From a virus (lineage: Duplodnaviria; Caudoviricetes): DNA of 52,665 bases. How positions within the stretch are numbered: position 1 is the stretch's first letter; the number at the start of each line of letters is the position of its first letter. A program made the position numbers and the translations under genes. Under the pieces are notes generated by a model. The model was not told where the DNA came from. It saw only the letters and a list, made by a program, of their open reading frames with translations, and ran no database searches. The stretch spans positions 1-52,665 of IMG/VR virus record IMGVR_UViG_3300018420_000025. The stretch is one strand, 5' to 3'. This document shows, piece by piece, positions 29,001 through 37,844 of this stretch.

Positions 29001-32000
29001 AGGATCTGTACAACCATAAATAACTTGTGGTGATGATACAGAACTTGGTATACCAAGACCTTGTAAACTTACCTCTGAAGGATCTATATTGTTAATATTA
29101 GTAGCTTCACCTTTAATATAATTAAACCACTTGCCTTCTTTTTCTATAAACTCATTAACCATACCATGTTGCTCTGTAGATTTTCCTTTATCTGTAACTA
29201 TTGAGTTTACAAACCAACCATCTCTTGCTACAAGATTATAATATTCCTGATCATTGTATGTAACACCATTGACAACCGCGGTTGTTATTTGATCTATTTT
29301 AGAATCACTACCTTCATAGTTTAATGTGTTAAAAGATTTTACTATTTCAGGATTTCCGTTTAAAACAACGTTAACAGAAGATGAAACTTTATAATTACCA
29401 TAAAGAGTACTATAAACTTCATAAGGATCATCAGGAAATCCTCTATAGCTTTGCCAAAGCCTACCTTCTCTAAAAGTGTAGTATCTATTATTTAGACTTA
29501 TACCAAAAAAATCAAGTGGGTAGTTAGAACTAGTATGTAATATAGTTTCATCGTAATCTTTAATTCTTGAAGCCATAGACTTAAAGCTTACCCAACCCTT
29601 AGCATCTTCACTAAAAGATACAGTTAAATCTGAAAAAGTAACATTATAATTTTTCTTTTTAGCATCATAACTACCTATAACGTAATTTTTATTAAGACCT
29701 TCTTGTCTCATTATTTGTTCATCAGATAAAAAATAATCTGCAAACCAGTTACGCATACCAAACTCATGTATTGGAGTTAAACCGTCTCTTGATAATCTTA
29801 GCACAGCACCTCTTTTGGCATCTGTAAAATAAGCTCTATAAGATTCTGAAGTAAAAGACTCTGGGTTTTTAGATATACCATACTCACCAACAAAAGGAAC
29901 TGCTTGTCCTAGTACGTTTGTAGACGATGTTAGATTTAGATTACCATCAGCGTTAAACAAAGCGTCTTTATTTGCTAAAACTTTTAAAACTTTATTTTCA
30001 CAAAGAGTTATTAAATCAGTATCTCTAGTGTGTAGTTTTTGTATACTACCATAGCTAGGATTTAATTCTTTAACGTTACCTTCACCTATTATAAATTGAT
30101 TTAAGTTATTTATACCAGACATTGAGTTGTATATACCTGAAAATATTAAACCATTTTTTCTTCTTTCTTCTTTATATCTACCTTCAATTACAGTTGTAGA
30201 TACTTTAGGCCCATTATCTACTGTTACAGCGTTAAAATCATCACGTATTCTGTCAGATTCAACACCTATGTCATCACCAAAAACATAACAATTAAACCAA
30301 TTTAAAGAAACTAAATTACTATGAAAATCTCCTTGTATACTAACCGAAGAATCGATAGTATAACCAGTATCATCAATATCATTTGCAACAATTACTTCTA
30401 TTTTAGCACCTTTAAAAATTATATCTAATATAGTACCTTCTTCTAATCTTATTTCACCATCAACATTAGCTGTATTACCTAGATTAATATTTAAGTCAAA
30501 ATCTACACTTTGTACTATAGCGTCTTCTTCAAACTCTGTATTTAAATTGTTTCTAGCAAGCCAAGTGTCTCCACTAGCATCTTCTACATTGCTATAATAA
30601 TCAGGATTTGATTTTGATACCCTAACAATAGCACCGTTTCTTATTGGTTGAGCTGTTGAGTTAATTATACTTACAGGATATGAACCACTAGCTTCATAGT
30701 AAAGATCTATATCAGTATCTTGTTTAGGTTCTGTTTCCCATATTACAGGGCTGTCAGCTATTACTTTTTCGCTGTCACCTATTGAATATTGATCTTCTAA
30801 AATTTTTATAAAAGTACCACCCCCAACACCTTGAGCGCCTTCATGATCTTTATCTGTTGAGTGTGCTGACGCAGTGTCAGACTCAGTAGCCCAGGGATAT
30901 GTAGCGCCACCTGTACATTCTTCACTAGGACAAGTTTCTATAGTGCCATCATCTCTTTCTATTTGAACATCTTTTAAAGTGTATAAAGGATTATAACCAC
31001 TAGTATTATAAACTGGATTACCAAAATGCTTGTCAAAAGTTATATTCCAACCTACTCGAAGTGCATAAGGATTATTAGGTGTAGCTTGTGAACTTCCACT
31101 TATATCTTTTGCGTGACCTATTATAGAAAATGGTCCTTCAACCTTTGTTATAGTACGTATTTGAGGGCCACCATCTTCTCCTGTTTGATCGTCAGAAAAT
31201 TTAACTTTAGTACCTACTCTTAATCTTTCGATAAAGTCTTTTTGCTCTGGATAATTATCAAGATTAAATTCACTTGCCGAAGGTATTGCCCCGTTATAAC
31301 CATCTGCATCTATAACTTGCGTAAAAGCAATACTTATTTTTCTCGGTGTTGGGTCTTCATTAAGACGCATACCTTTTCTTCTATTCAACTGGTAATTATT
31401 ACCAGCATTATATGGAATTGTTATACCACCACCTACATGACTTTCGTCCTGAGTGTTTCCAGCACCATACGGAGCAAAAGAACCTGTTGTAGTATTAAAG
31501 AAAAAATAAGTTCTATCTATATACCAAAATCCACCCTCAACCTCAGGGTAATTATTTGCTATAGGCGAATAATTACCACCATCATATTCATGAGTACCGA
31601 TATAATGCCTTAGTATATTCATTGCTCTTTCAGCGTTTCCAGCAGGTGTGTAAAACTTTCTATTATAAAAACCTCCAGCTATATTTGTATTACCACATTG
31701 TGGTATCAAAGCTTCTAGCTCATTACCACTTCCATTTACTGGATCATAATCGACGCCAGCTGCAGTTCTTATTCTACTTCCTGGAACAGAATCTACACTA
31801 CCATAAAGCTCATAATTTCCGTTAAAATCATTTTCATCACCACTATAATCTTTTCCAGCATATCTAGTAGTTTTACTAGTTGTTTTCATTCTTTCTAACT
31901 GTTTACCTTCTCCAGAGTGTAGATAGTACAAACGTTTTGAATCTACTTCAATCCAGTTTGTTTCAGGTGTAGTAATAACTTTGTTATCTACAATAGCATC

Positions 32001-34559
32001 TCTTTCTATTTTAACAAAAAACCTACCATCAAACCAAGACTTGTGTTCTTCTTTTTCTCTTCTAAACACTATTTTTGTTTCGTTAAAAGTTTGAACAACA
32101 CCTCCAGCGCCTAAAACATAAGAAAATTCTATATCTTCTTCAAAAGGTTTTTCCATTGTAAACTCAAAACCTAAAGAGTCGCTACTGTTAAATATTTTAT
32201 CTATTCTATACCACTGTGATCTTCCATTATATTGAGTTTCACTTTCATTTATTATTTTTAAACTAATTTGAACTTCTTCTTGACCAATGGTTAAAGGATC
32301 ACTACTAGCAAGATCTTTTTCTGCTCTTTTTTGTTTAAATATAGCTATTAATTCTGTTAACTCGTTATGTCTATCTCCAGTTATTTCAAATATTTTAGAA
32401 TCTTTAACAGGAATATTGGCATTGGCATTAAATAAACCAGTTTGACTAAACAAACTACCAGACACATCGTCGTAGGCTACTGTATCAAGAGCCGAAGCTT
32501 GTTGTTTTATAAAATCAGGAGCTTCATTTTTAACAGATAATATTTTATATCTAGCTTTTTCTTTTACAAAAGCACCATGAGCATCCTTTTTAAGTATTAA
32601 ATAAGTTTCTTCATCAACCTTAGCTCTATCTGATGAAGGAAAAGAAAGCCAAACGTTACCGTCTTCAGCATCAAAAACTCTATCCATAGCTAAGTTATAG
32701 TACTCGCTAGAAGTTTCTTTTATAAAATATTTAAAACTTGTAGCCCAATCAGGAGCATCGTTTAAAGGTTTAACTGTTAACCTATGTTGTTTTTTAGCAA
32801 TGTCTTTACTAGTTTTTATCACACCGCTTTCACCTGTTAACACTGGTGTTTGTCTACCATAATCATCTTCATAAACAATACCAACTTGATAAGTTCTAAG
32901 AGATTTTATTGAAGGTAGAGAATCAAAATAATTTCCTCTTGGTAATTGAAAATCTTGTTTTTCATAATCTTCTATGTTTACTTCAAAGCTACCTTTATAA
33001 GGTACGCTACTATCAGAGCCAGAATATAAATCGTAGTTTTGTAAATAATTACCATATACTAATCTATTAGCAACTACTTCTTGACTAAGCGCTGCTCTTG
33101 GCACATTATCCCAATGCCTTTGTGTTTGGTTTTCTGGTATTGCTTTAGATATAGTGTCACTAGTTATTTTATATGTACCTTTAAAACCAGAGTCTTCATC
33201 AGTGCTAATATTTGTTGTAAAACTATTATAATTATACTGAGAGTTCCAATAATTATAAGCTTGACCAGGTATAAAAGGATCATTTTTTGATATTGTATCA
33301 ACAACATATATAACAGGTGATCCTGCTTCTCTATATAATATATCAACAGAAACAACATCATCTGGTATGTCTTGAGCTATAAACTGCTCTACATGAGCAG
33401 CATATAAAGTATTGACCATACCTAAGTTAAAACCTTTTGTAGGATGATAACTAAAACTACCTGGCGAGAAAGCTATTTGGGAAAATGGAGAAAAAGGTGA
33501 GTATTCACCGTCAGAATATTTCCATCTAGTTGCAAAGCGTGGAAACTTTTTTTCAAATATTAAATCTGGATCTGCTAAGTTTGTGACAGTATAAGCAGAA
33601 CTATACAGATTACCTTTTTTAGTAATTACCTTACACTCAATTGGAGTACGCAAATTTATACTACTAGTATCTCCTATACTCTTTATTAAAAGCTCTATAT
33701 CGTGATCAAACTTAATACCTTTACTCCACTTATCTTCTAAATCATGATCAGATCCATCAGGTATTCTTTCTACGGCTTTTAAATATAAAGTATCGCCTAC
33801 GTTGTAATAGTCATGTAGTACATTGCCATAAAATTTACCTATTAAATTTTTAACATTTATTGTTACAGTACTACCAACCCCAACACTTGCCGCGTGAAAA
33901 GTATCAGGATATGGTTGTCCACAGTAAAGCTTTATAGAAGTAGAACCACTACTTTCTAATCTTAGCACAGGTGGTACTTTAGGTCCTTTTTTTATTACTG
34001 TTATATTTTCTTCTGCAATATTTATCCCAGAGTTAAAATCAATACCTCTTTCTGGAACTATTAATCTAGTGTTTACGTTACCACCATCAGAAGTTCCTTC
34101 TATAGACCTTGGTATATTTATTCTTTTTGGTTCTGTAAAATTATCAGTCCAAAACAACATATCATCTACAATATTAATACCAGTTATTAATCTCGTTTTA
34201 TCGTATTGTAAAACACCTAAACTAACATCAACAAAAACAGGTATTAAATCATTAGTAACATTATTGTAACTAATAATCATATCTTTTTGATCAGAAGCTA
34301 ATAACAAATAAAAAGTATTATTTTTATCATCTGCAATACCACCAACACAAACAGCATCACCTGGAATAGTATTAATAGATGGGTTATTACCTCTTATTCT
34401 AAAATTTCTTTTTATATTTTGCAATGAACCTACATCAGACTCTTCAGATGTAGAAACCTGTATATTCCAAGCATCTCTATATTGACCGTTAGGAACTAAC
34501 CTTTCATCAAGGTCTTTGTTCATCTTACCACCGGTAAAATTATTTTTTAACTCTGGCAT
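26061..34559 (-). CDS. Large tail (stabilisation/nozzle-like) protein with about 985-aa C-terminal Cys-rich repeat extension
   Basis: N-terminus FTGGKMNKDLDERLVPNGQYRDAWN recalled as typical of Bacteroidota podovirus tail proteins; GEYGISKNPESF, YFTDAKRGAVLRLS; GCxD repeats from 29015 downward. Confidence 0.75.
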   Translation of the reverse strand: MPELKNNFTGGKMNKDLDERLVPNGQYRDAWNIQVSTSEESDVGSLQNIKRNFRIRGNNPSINTIPGDAVCVGGIADDKNNTFYLLLASDQKDMIISYNNVTNDLIPVFVDVSLGVLQYDKTRLITGINIVDDMLFWTDNFTEPKRINIPRSIEGTSDGGNVNTRLIVPERGIDFNSGINIAEENITVIKKGPKVPPVLRLESSGSTSIKLYCGQPYPDTFHAASVGVGSTVTINVKNLIGKFYGNVLHDYYNVGDTLYLKAVERIPDGSDHDLEDKWSKGIKFDHDIELLIKSIGDTSSINLRTPIECKVITKKGNLYSSAYTVTNLADPDLIFEKKFPRFATRWKYSDGEYSPFSPFSQIAFSPGSFSYHPTKGFNLGMVNTLYAAHVEQFIAQDIPDDVVSVDILYREAGSPVIYVVDTISKNDPFIPGQAYNYWNSQYNYNSFTTNISTDEDSGFKGTYKITSDTISKAIPENQTQRHWDNVPRAALSQEVVANRLVYGNYLQNYDLYSGSDSSVPYKGSFEVNIEDYEKQDFQLPRGNYFDSLPSIKSLRTYQVGIVYEDDYGRQTPVLTGESGVIKTSKDIAKKQHRLTVKPLNDAPDWATSFKYFIKETSSEYYNLAMDRVFDAEDGNVWLSFPSSDRAKVDEETYLILKKDAHGAFVKEKARYKILSVKNEAPDFIKQQASALDTVAYDDVSGSLFSQTGLFNANANIPVKDSKIFEITGDRHNELTELIAIFKQKRAEKDLASSDPLTIGQEEVQISLKIINESETQYNGRSQWYRIDKIFNSSDSLGFEFTMEKPFEEDIEFSYVLGAGGVVQTFNETKIVFRREKEEHKSWFDGRFFVKIERDAIVDNKVITTPETNWIEVDSKRLYYLHSGEGKQLERMKTTSKTTRYAGKDYSGDENDFNGNYELYGSVDSVPGSRIRTAAGVDYDPVNGSGNELEALIPQCGNTNIAGGFYNRKFYTPAGNAERAMNILRHYIGTHEYDGGNYSPIANNYPEVEGGFWYIDRTYFFFNTTTGSFAPYGAGNTQDESHVGGGITIPYNAGNNYQLNRRKGMRLNEDPTPRKISIAFTQVIDADGYNGAIPSASEFNLDNYPEQKDFIERLRVGTKVKFSDDQTGEDGGPQIRTITKVEGPFSIIGHAKDISGSSQATPNNPYALRVGWNITFDKHFGNPVYNTSGYNPLYTLKDVQIERDDGTIETCPSEECTGGATYPWATESDTASAHSTDKDHEGAQGVGGGTFIKILEDQYSIGDSEKVIADSPVIWETEPKQDTDIDLYYEASGSYPVSIINSTAQPIRNGAIVRVSKSNPDYYSNVEDASGDTWLARNNLNTEFEEDAIVQSVDFDLNINLGNTANVDGEIRLEEGTILDIIFKGAKIEVIVANDIDDTGYTIDSSVSIQGDFHSNLVSLNWFNCYVFGDDIGVESDRIRDDFNAVTVDNGPKVSTTVIEGRYKEERRKNGLIFSGIYNSMSGINNLNQFIIGEGNVKELNPSYGSIQKLHTRDTDLITLCENKVLKVLANKDALFNADGNLNLTSSTNVLGQAVPFVGEYGISKNPESFTSESYRAYFTDAKRGAVLRLSRDGLTPIHEFGMRNWFADYFLSDEQIMRQEGLNKNYVIGSYDAKKKNYNVTFSDLTVSFSEDAKGWVSFKSMASRIKDYDETILHTSSNYPLDFFGISLNNRYYTFREGRLWQSYRGFPDDPYEVYSTLYGNYKVSSSVNVVLNGNPEIVKSFNTLNYEGSDSKIDQITTAVVNGVTYNDQEYYNLVARDGWFVNSIVTDKGKSTEQHGMVNEFIEKEGKWFNYIKGEATNINNIDPSEVSLQGLGIPSSVSSPQVIYGCTDPNAQNYDPNANTDDGSCIVCIYGCTDASANNYDATATCDDGSCEFYGCTNAGAFNYDPNATSNPNNVCLPYVYGCLDQFATNYSGGIGGGSNSWCNSNPSDFNAGNSYTQTAFDGGALAGSASDNCCVYPVLGCTDQGACNYDSNADIDDGSCDYTCVGCSDPTAANYNAGFTGCDVNGVYTPGDTSCCYYSTWGCTDSNATNYDPNANASCGSVNDPAGQSNCINGQNGDNCCCDMAGATVSGCADPNAGNYYGNLNSGFDPNITTVIDDGTCCYGGCSQGDHYQGTQPDIYGYCNNSTCTGPPSFIGCTQVGVCDPSNGNYTGCDKCTDISGCGAGGGDCGYLHINYDPNLCYDCNQNNPNGIDENGSVTVPPNCCYDSVNALSGSDISTCIETVFGCIDNTAVNYDPTATADDGNCQYTTYCCTDTSPGYCNYGAPGAVTPGNPSGDPGNCQNGNPSQCENTSCIGCIDPALGFHAGEMEDPNNPGTMIKVCRGTTYSNGPQTANLWQYTDPGPLTTYDVCSKDGTLDPISSIDGSDNRDGWNATNYDPTANLIEYWGMSSHNPNNTPSNGTYANCTYEGSGCTDNGNMPSSYVASQAAVNSGYGGGGSGYVSGSLTPGQPAFNYNPLASSDDGSCYPIIFGCQDPSAGNTDTACTSGNFGWGIPGAVGDGDPWTDVNTSNQNCCVSTINGCTDDIAHRYIHTIPSVTTSNVSDTSDGFGYALSYHKGVNKGYVVDLNSKQAFAGAFNYDSNANTLQSGVWQADVPVIGYDGSNIVNSVSVFSQLDATCAGDPTLCAGNGNETACCYQAGCLDPNAFNFEYNGFGLDDTPNWYSSTQEEGRARWYGGNNQRINYFVEGELSPDTCVDCSNSYPKYGAKTTDSVFHRTCADCAGTKAELFFVDPVTGQSTMGTPTPGAYLSVARVLGQVGVGADLSCCCYHKGCTDPTAINYYLDVNGGGYNPLVCQSDNTMCTYNTK

Positions 34560-34563
34560 TTAA

Positions 34564-35988
34564 TTAATGTTTTATTTGTTTTGATTTACCTCTAAATATT
34601 TGAGTTATTTCTTCTAATTTTATGTTTGATAATCTAAGTTTTGCTTTTCTAGTTTCTGCAAATCTTTCTTTTTTATATCTTCTAACTACATATTCTGGAA
34701 CGTTTTGTCTTGTCGATAATATTGCGTATGCTATACACTTGTACATCGCTTCTTCGGCAAACTTATGTACTTTCATTTCTTCTTCTGTACCAAGACTATC
34801 ACTTATATAATCTAATATCACAGTTTTTCCAGATAAGTTAGAACTAAAATGTATTTTTCCTAAATCACAATCTATATAATAAGAACCATTTACTTGAGCA
34901 TGCTGCGGGTCTAAACCAAATCTTCTACCTTCATTTGGCCAGTATATATCATTTTGATAATCTTGATAATCATTAATATTATTTTCAGAAGGCTTATGTG
35001 ATTTATAGTTTTTCCAAGTATTAGATGTTTCTTCATCACCAACTCTAGCTATAGATATATTATCTATAACAACATTTAAATCGAGCGCTGATGTGTTGTC
35101 AGTTGTACACTCAAGATAAACAGAACTAGGTACATAACCAGTTGCATTATTAACAATGCTATAGTTTGCGTTCAATCCATCTGCAGTAATTGTTTCTGTA
35201 TAAGTACCATTAGCGCTTCTTGTAGTTGTAAGTGTTGGAATACCATTTTCATCTACTATAACAAAATTATAACTTCCAGTTGCATAGCTACTTATAGTAT
35301 ACGTTATAGTGTATTTTTCTCCATGTATTATATCAACTGAATCTTGTCTAAAAGCTTGAGATTCTGGTAGAGCATATCCTTTTATACTATTGTCTTCATA
35401 ATACCAACCAGACAAATTAAGACCAGCTGCTGAAAGCGCAAGACCACTTCCCACAGGGGTTGGTGCTGATTGAGCTTGACCATCAAACCCTACGTTTAAA
35501 TTCCAAGCGCCTGACCCGCCTTGAAAACTTCCGTTTTTTATTAAGTTTCCAGAAGGTAATAAGCTTTCAATGTTATTACTATAATCAGTGTCTTTACCAA
35601 ATAAAAAATCACTGTTAGCATCTGTTTGATATTTTTTAGGATTTGAAGTTTTGCTTAAAGCAGGATATAGTACATGTTTTATACCAGAGCTGTCTACAGA
35701 AGATATTTTAGTATAATTAACATAATCCTGAGGTAATGGCATTGTTAAGCTTGGTTGTACTTCTGTTTCTATTGACTTGCAAGATTTAAAAACATCAAAA
35801 CTTAATTCTTGCAAAGCTCTCTGTGCGTGATAAGCTACATCTATTCTTTTTATTTTAGATATTAATTTATCTTCACCGACGTAAGCAACTATAAATTGAT
35901 TTACAATATCTTTTAGTGAAGTAAATTGATAACCACCAAAATCTTCATTGTTATAGTACTCTTGTTGAGTTTGATTTATTAACGCCAT
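34564..35988 (-). CDS. Tail ring/connector structural protein with inserted carbohydrate-binding-like domain
   Basis: LPQDYVNYTKIS and VILDYISD core; central NLIKNGSF...VVIDNISI insert; position after adaptor. Confidence 0.6.
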   Translation of the reverse strand: MALINQTQQEYYNNEDFGGYQFTSLKDIVNQFIVAYVGEDKLISKIKRIDVAYHAQRALQELSFDVFKSCKSIETEVQPSLTMPLPQDYVNYTKISSVDSSGIKHVLYPALSKTSNPKKYQTDANSDFLFGKDTDYSNNIESLLPSGNLIKNGSFQGGSGAWNLNVGFDGQAQSAPTPVGSGLALSAAGLNLSGWYYEDNSIKGYALPESQAFRQDSVDIIHGEKYTITYTISSYATGSYNFVIVDENGIPTLTTTRSANGTYTETITADGLNANYSIVNNATGYVPSSVYLECTTDNTSALDLNVVIDNISIARVGDEETSNTWKNYKSHKPSENNINDYQDYQNDIYWPNEGRRFGLDPQHAQVNGSYYIDCDLGKIHFSSNLSGKTVILDYISDSLGTEEEMKVHKFAEEAMYKCIAYAILSTRQNVPEYVVRRYKKERFAETRKAKLRLSNIKLEEITQIFRGKSKQIKH

Positions 35989-35991
35989 TTA

Positions 35992-36732
35992 TTATCTTTT
36001 TTGTTGTATAACTTTTTTCTGTTCTTCTGCTGTAGAAGCTTGATAAACATTTACACCTGTATCGGCTAACGTTATTCCTGCTAAAGCTAATATTCTATAT
36101 ACAAGATTAGATTCTTCTGAATCATGTAGCTCAAAGTCTACACTAGCATTCATATTGTACAAGGCTTTACCACTAACAACAACATAAGCCCAATTAACAG
36201 TTTGAGGTCTTTGCACATAACTACATCTTATATTACTAGAATTTGCTATTAAATCATTAAAAGGATATATATCTATGGTTTTTCTAGGTAAACTATTTAT
36301 AGTTCTTTTAACCGTTACATATACAGGGTTAGACAGTGTTGGAGAAGTTAAGGGCGAACTACTCATATTAACGTATTCGTTTTCATTAACTGGTTCTATT
36401 TCAGTAGAAACCCCACCTAAAACATGAGTTACAGTACCTACTTTGTAAGCGTCTTGTGGTATTACAAAAAAATCACCATTACCTTGAGCTAAGTTAACAT
36501 TTGTAGTAAGCATGTTTACTTTTTCGTGTATAAACTCTAGTATGTCACCGTACTCAGTATCATTACCTGATACTCTACTAGATTGACTTGTATCGTAAAA
36601 GTATTGATTTAATATTTCTAGTTGAGCTTGATTAGCGTATAAATTAAATTCCTGAGGTGTTATATAACCTCTTTGTTCTTTATTAGCTAGCGCTAAAACT
36701 CTTTGATATACTGTGTTTATACTTATAGCCAT
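35992..36732 (-). CDS. Head-tail adaptor / tail tubular A-like protein
   Basis: VYQRVLALANKEQRGYITPQEFN, YVQRP..VNW, FELHDSE; synteny after capsid genes. Confidence 0.6.
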   Translation of the reverse strand: MAISINTVYQRVLALANKEQRGYITPQEFNLYANQAQLEILNQYFYDTSQSSRVSGNDTEYGDILEFIHEKVNMLTTNVNLAQGNGDFFVIPQDAYKVGTVTHVLGGVSTEIEPVNENEYVNMSSSPLTSPTLSNPVYVTVKRTINSLPRKTIDIYPFNDLIANSSNIRCSYVQRPQTVNWAYVVVSGKALYNMNASVDFELHDSEESNLVYRILALAGITLADTGVNVYQASTAEEQKKVIQQKR

Positions 36733-36733
36733 A

Positions 36734-36904
36734 TTATTTATCGTAATTATAAGGGAATAATCTATTTAAAGTTTCTTTTCTTTTACCACAGCCACAATCT
36801 TTACCTACAGCTTTACTAACCGTGTCTACAACTTTTTTAATCCCTGTTGCTTTTGTTATTTTTTCTATTGTGTCGCCTAAACCTTTTGATTTTTTATTTT
36901 CCAT
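36734..36904 (-). CDS. Small protein with CGC motif, 56 aa (absent from ORF track)
   Basis: Hand translation MENKKSKGLGDTIEKITKATGIKKVVDTVSKAVGKDCGCGKRKETLNRLFPYNYDK; stop 1 nt before next start. Confidence 0.75.
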   Translation of the reverse strand: MENKKSKGLGDTIEKITKATGIKKVVDTVSKAVGKDCGCGKRKETLNRLFPYNYDK

Positions 36905-36916
36905 ATAATTTTGTTT

Positions 36917-36952
36917 TGTATTACGATCGCCCCGTAGGGCGACCGCTCTACA
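36917..36952 (-). other. Stable RNA hairpin with C(UACG)G tetraloop and no U-tract
   Basis: Minus strand UGUA-GAG-CGGUCGCCC-UACG-GGGCGAUCG-UAA-UACA. Confidence 0.65.
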
Positions 36953-36958
36953 GTTTGA

Positions 36959-37777
36959 TTATTTTAATCGTTTTTCTATATTTGCATATATCTCCATACC
37001 TTCATCAGTTTTAAACCAATGCGCCAGAGCAGTGTATGGATGCTCGTCAAATGGTACTGTCATTACAGGTCTATCGTTAGATCCCCATAAAAACTTTCTT
37101 TGATCTTGAGATAATTTAATAATACCAAGCTCAACAGCTTTTATACCAAAATTTCTAAGTTGAACGTTATCATCAGCAGCTAATTCTAAGAACAAAGCAG
37201 GATTATTACGAGCAAATACTAGTAAATCTCTTTTAAGCTCCTTAGAACTCATCTTAGATACTTCAGAACCTTTTTCTACACGCATAATAGCTTCTGCTAA
37301 ATCAATATCTATTTCTCTAGCTATGACTATTGCATCTGCTTCAAGTTCTAATATCTCTATATCATCTGCAGCTTCTTGTATCGGATTATACTCGTAAAAC
37401 AATTTATTTTTATGTGGATGATATAAAGATAAAAGTTTTTGTAAAACTGTTTTTTCTTTTGGAACAAATAAACTACCATCTCTAAATATTATGTGAGCTA
37501 ATCTTTGATCACCTTTCATTTCATCTACAAATACTGTTTTTTGATTTTCACAATATTTTAACTCCCTTTCATAACCTTTTTTTTCATCGAAAAAATATAT
37601 TCCAGAACTTTTCATACTATAAGATATAGGTTTTTTGTTACCTACTAAATAATAAATTCTGTCTTTTATTTCCCATTCAGGTTTTTTAGTTTCAACTTTT
37701 TTAGGTTTTGGTGTTTCAACAACTGGTGTTTCAACAACAGGCACCTCTACCTCTGTGTTTTTTGTTTTTTTTGCCAT
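36959..37777 (-). CDS. Hypothetical protein downstream of major capsid gene
   Basis: 272 aa; VVETP tandem repeat at the N-terminus; helical C-terminal half. Confidence 0.75.
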   Translation of the reverse strand: MAKKTKNTEVEVPVVETPVVETPKPKKVETKKPEWEIKDRIYYLVGNKKPISYSMKSSGIYFFDEKKGYERELKYCENQKTVFVDEMKGDQRLAHIIFRDGSLFVPKEKTVLQKLLSLYHPHKNKLFYEYNPIQEAADDIEILELEADAIVIAREIDIDLAEAIMRVEKGSEVSKMSSKELKRDLLVFARNNPALFLELAADDNVQLRNFGIKAVELGIIKLSQDQRKFLWGSNDRPVMTVPFDEHPYTALAHWFKTDEGMEIYANIEKRLK

Positions 37778-37801
37778 AATATAATATATAATAAAATTAA
37801 T

Positions 37802-37836
37802 AAAATAAAAAGCCGAGGCCGAAGCCCCGGTCTTTT
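37802..37836 (-). terminator. Intrinsic terminator after major capsid gene
   Basis: Minus strand CCGGGGC-UUCG-GCCUCGG followed by CUUUUUAUUUU. Confidence 0.85.
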
Positions 37837-37844
37837 AAAAGTGA

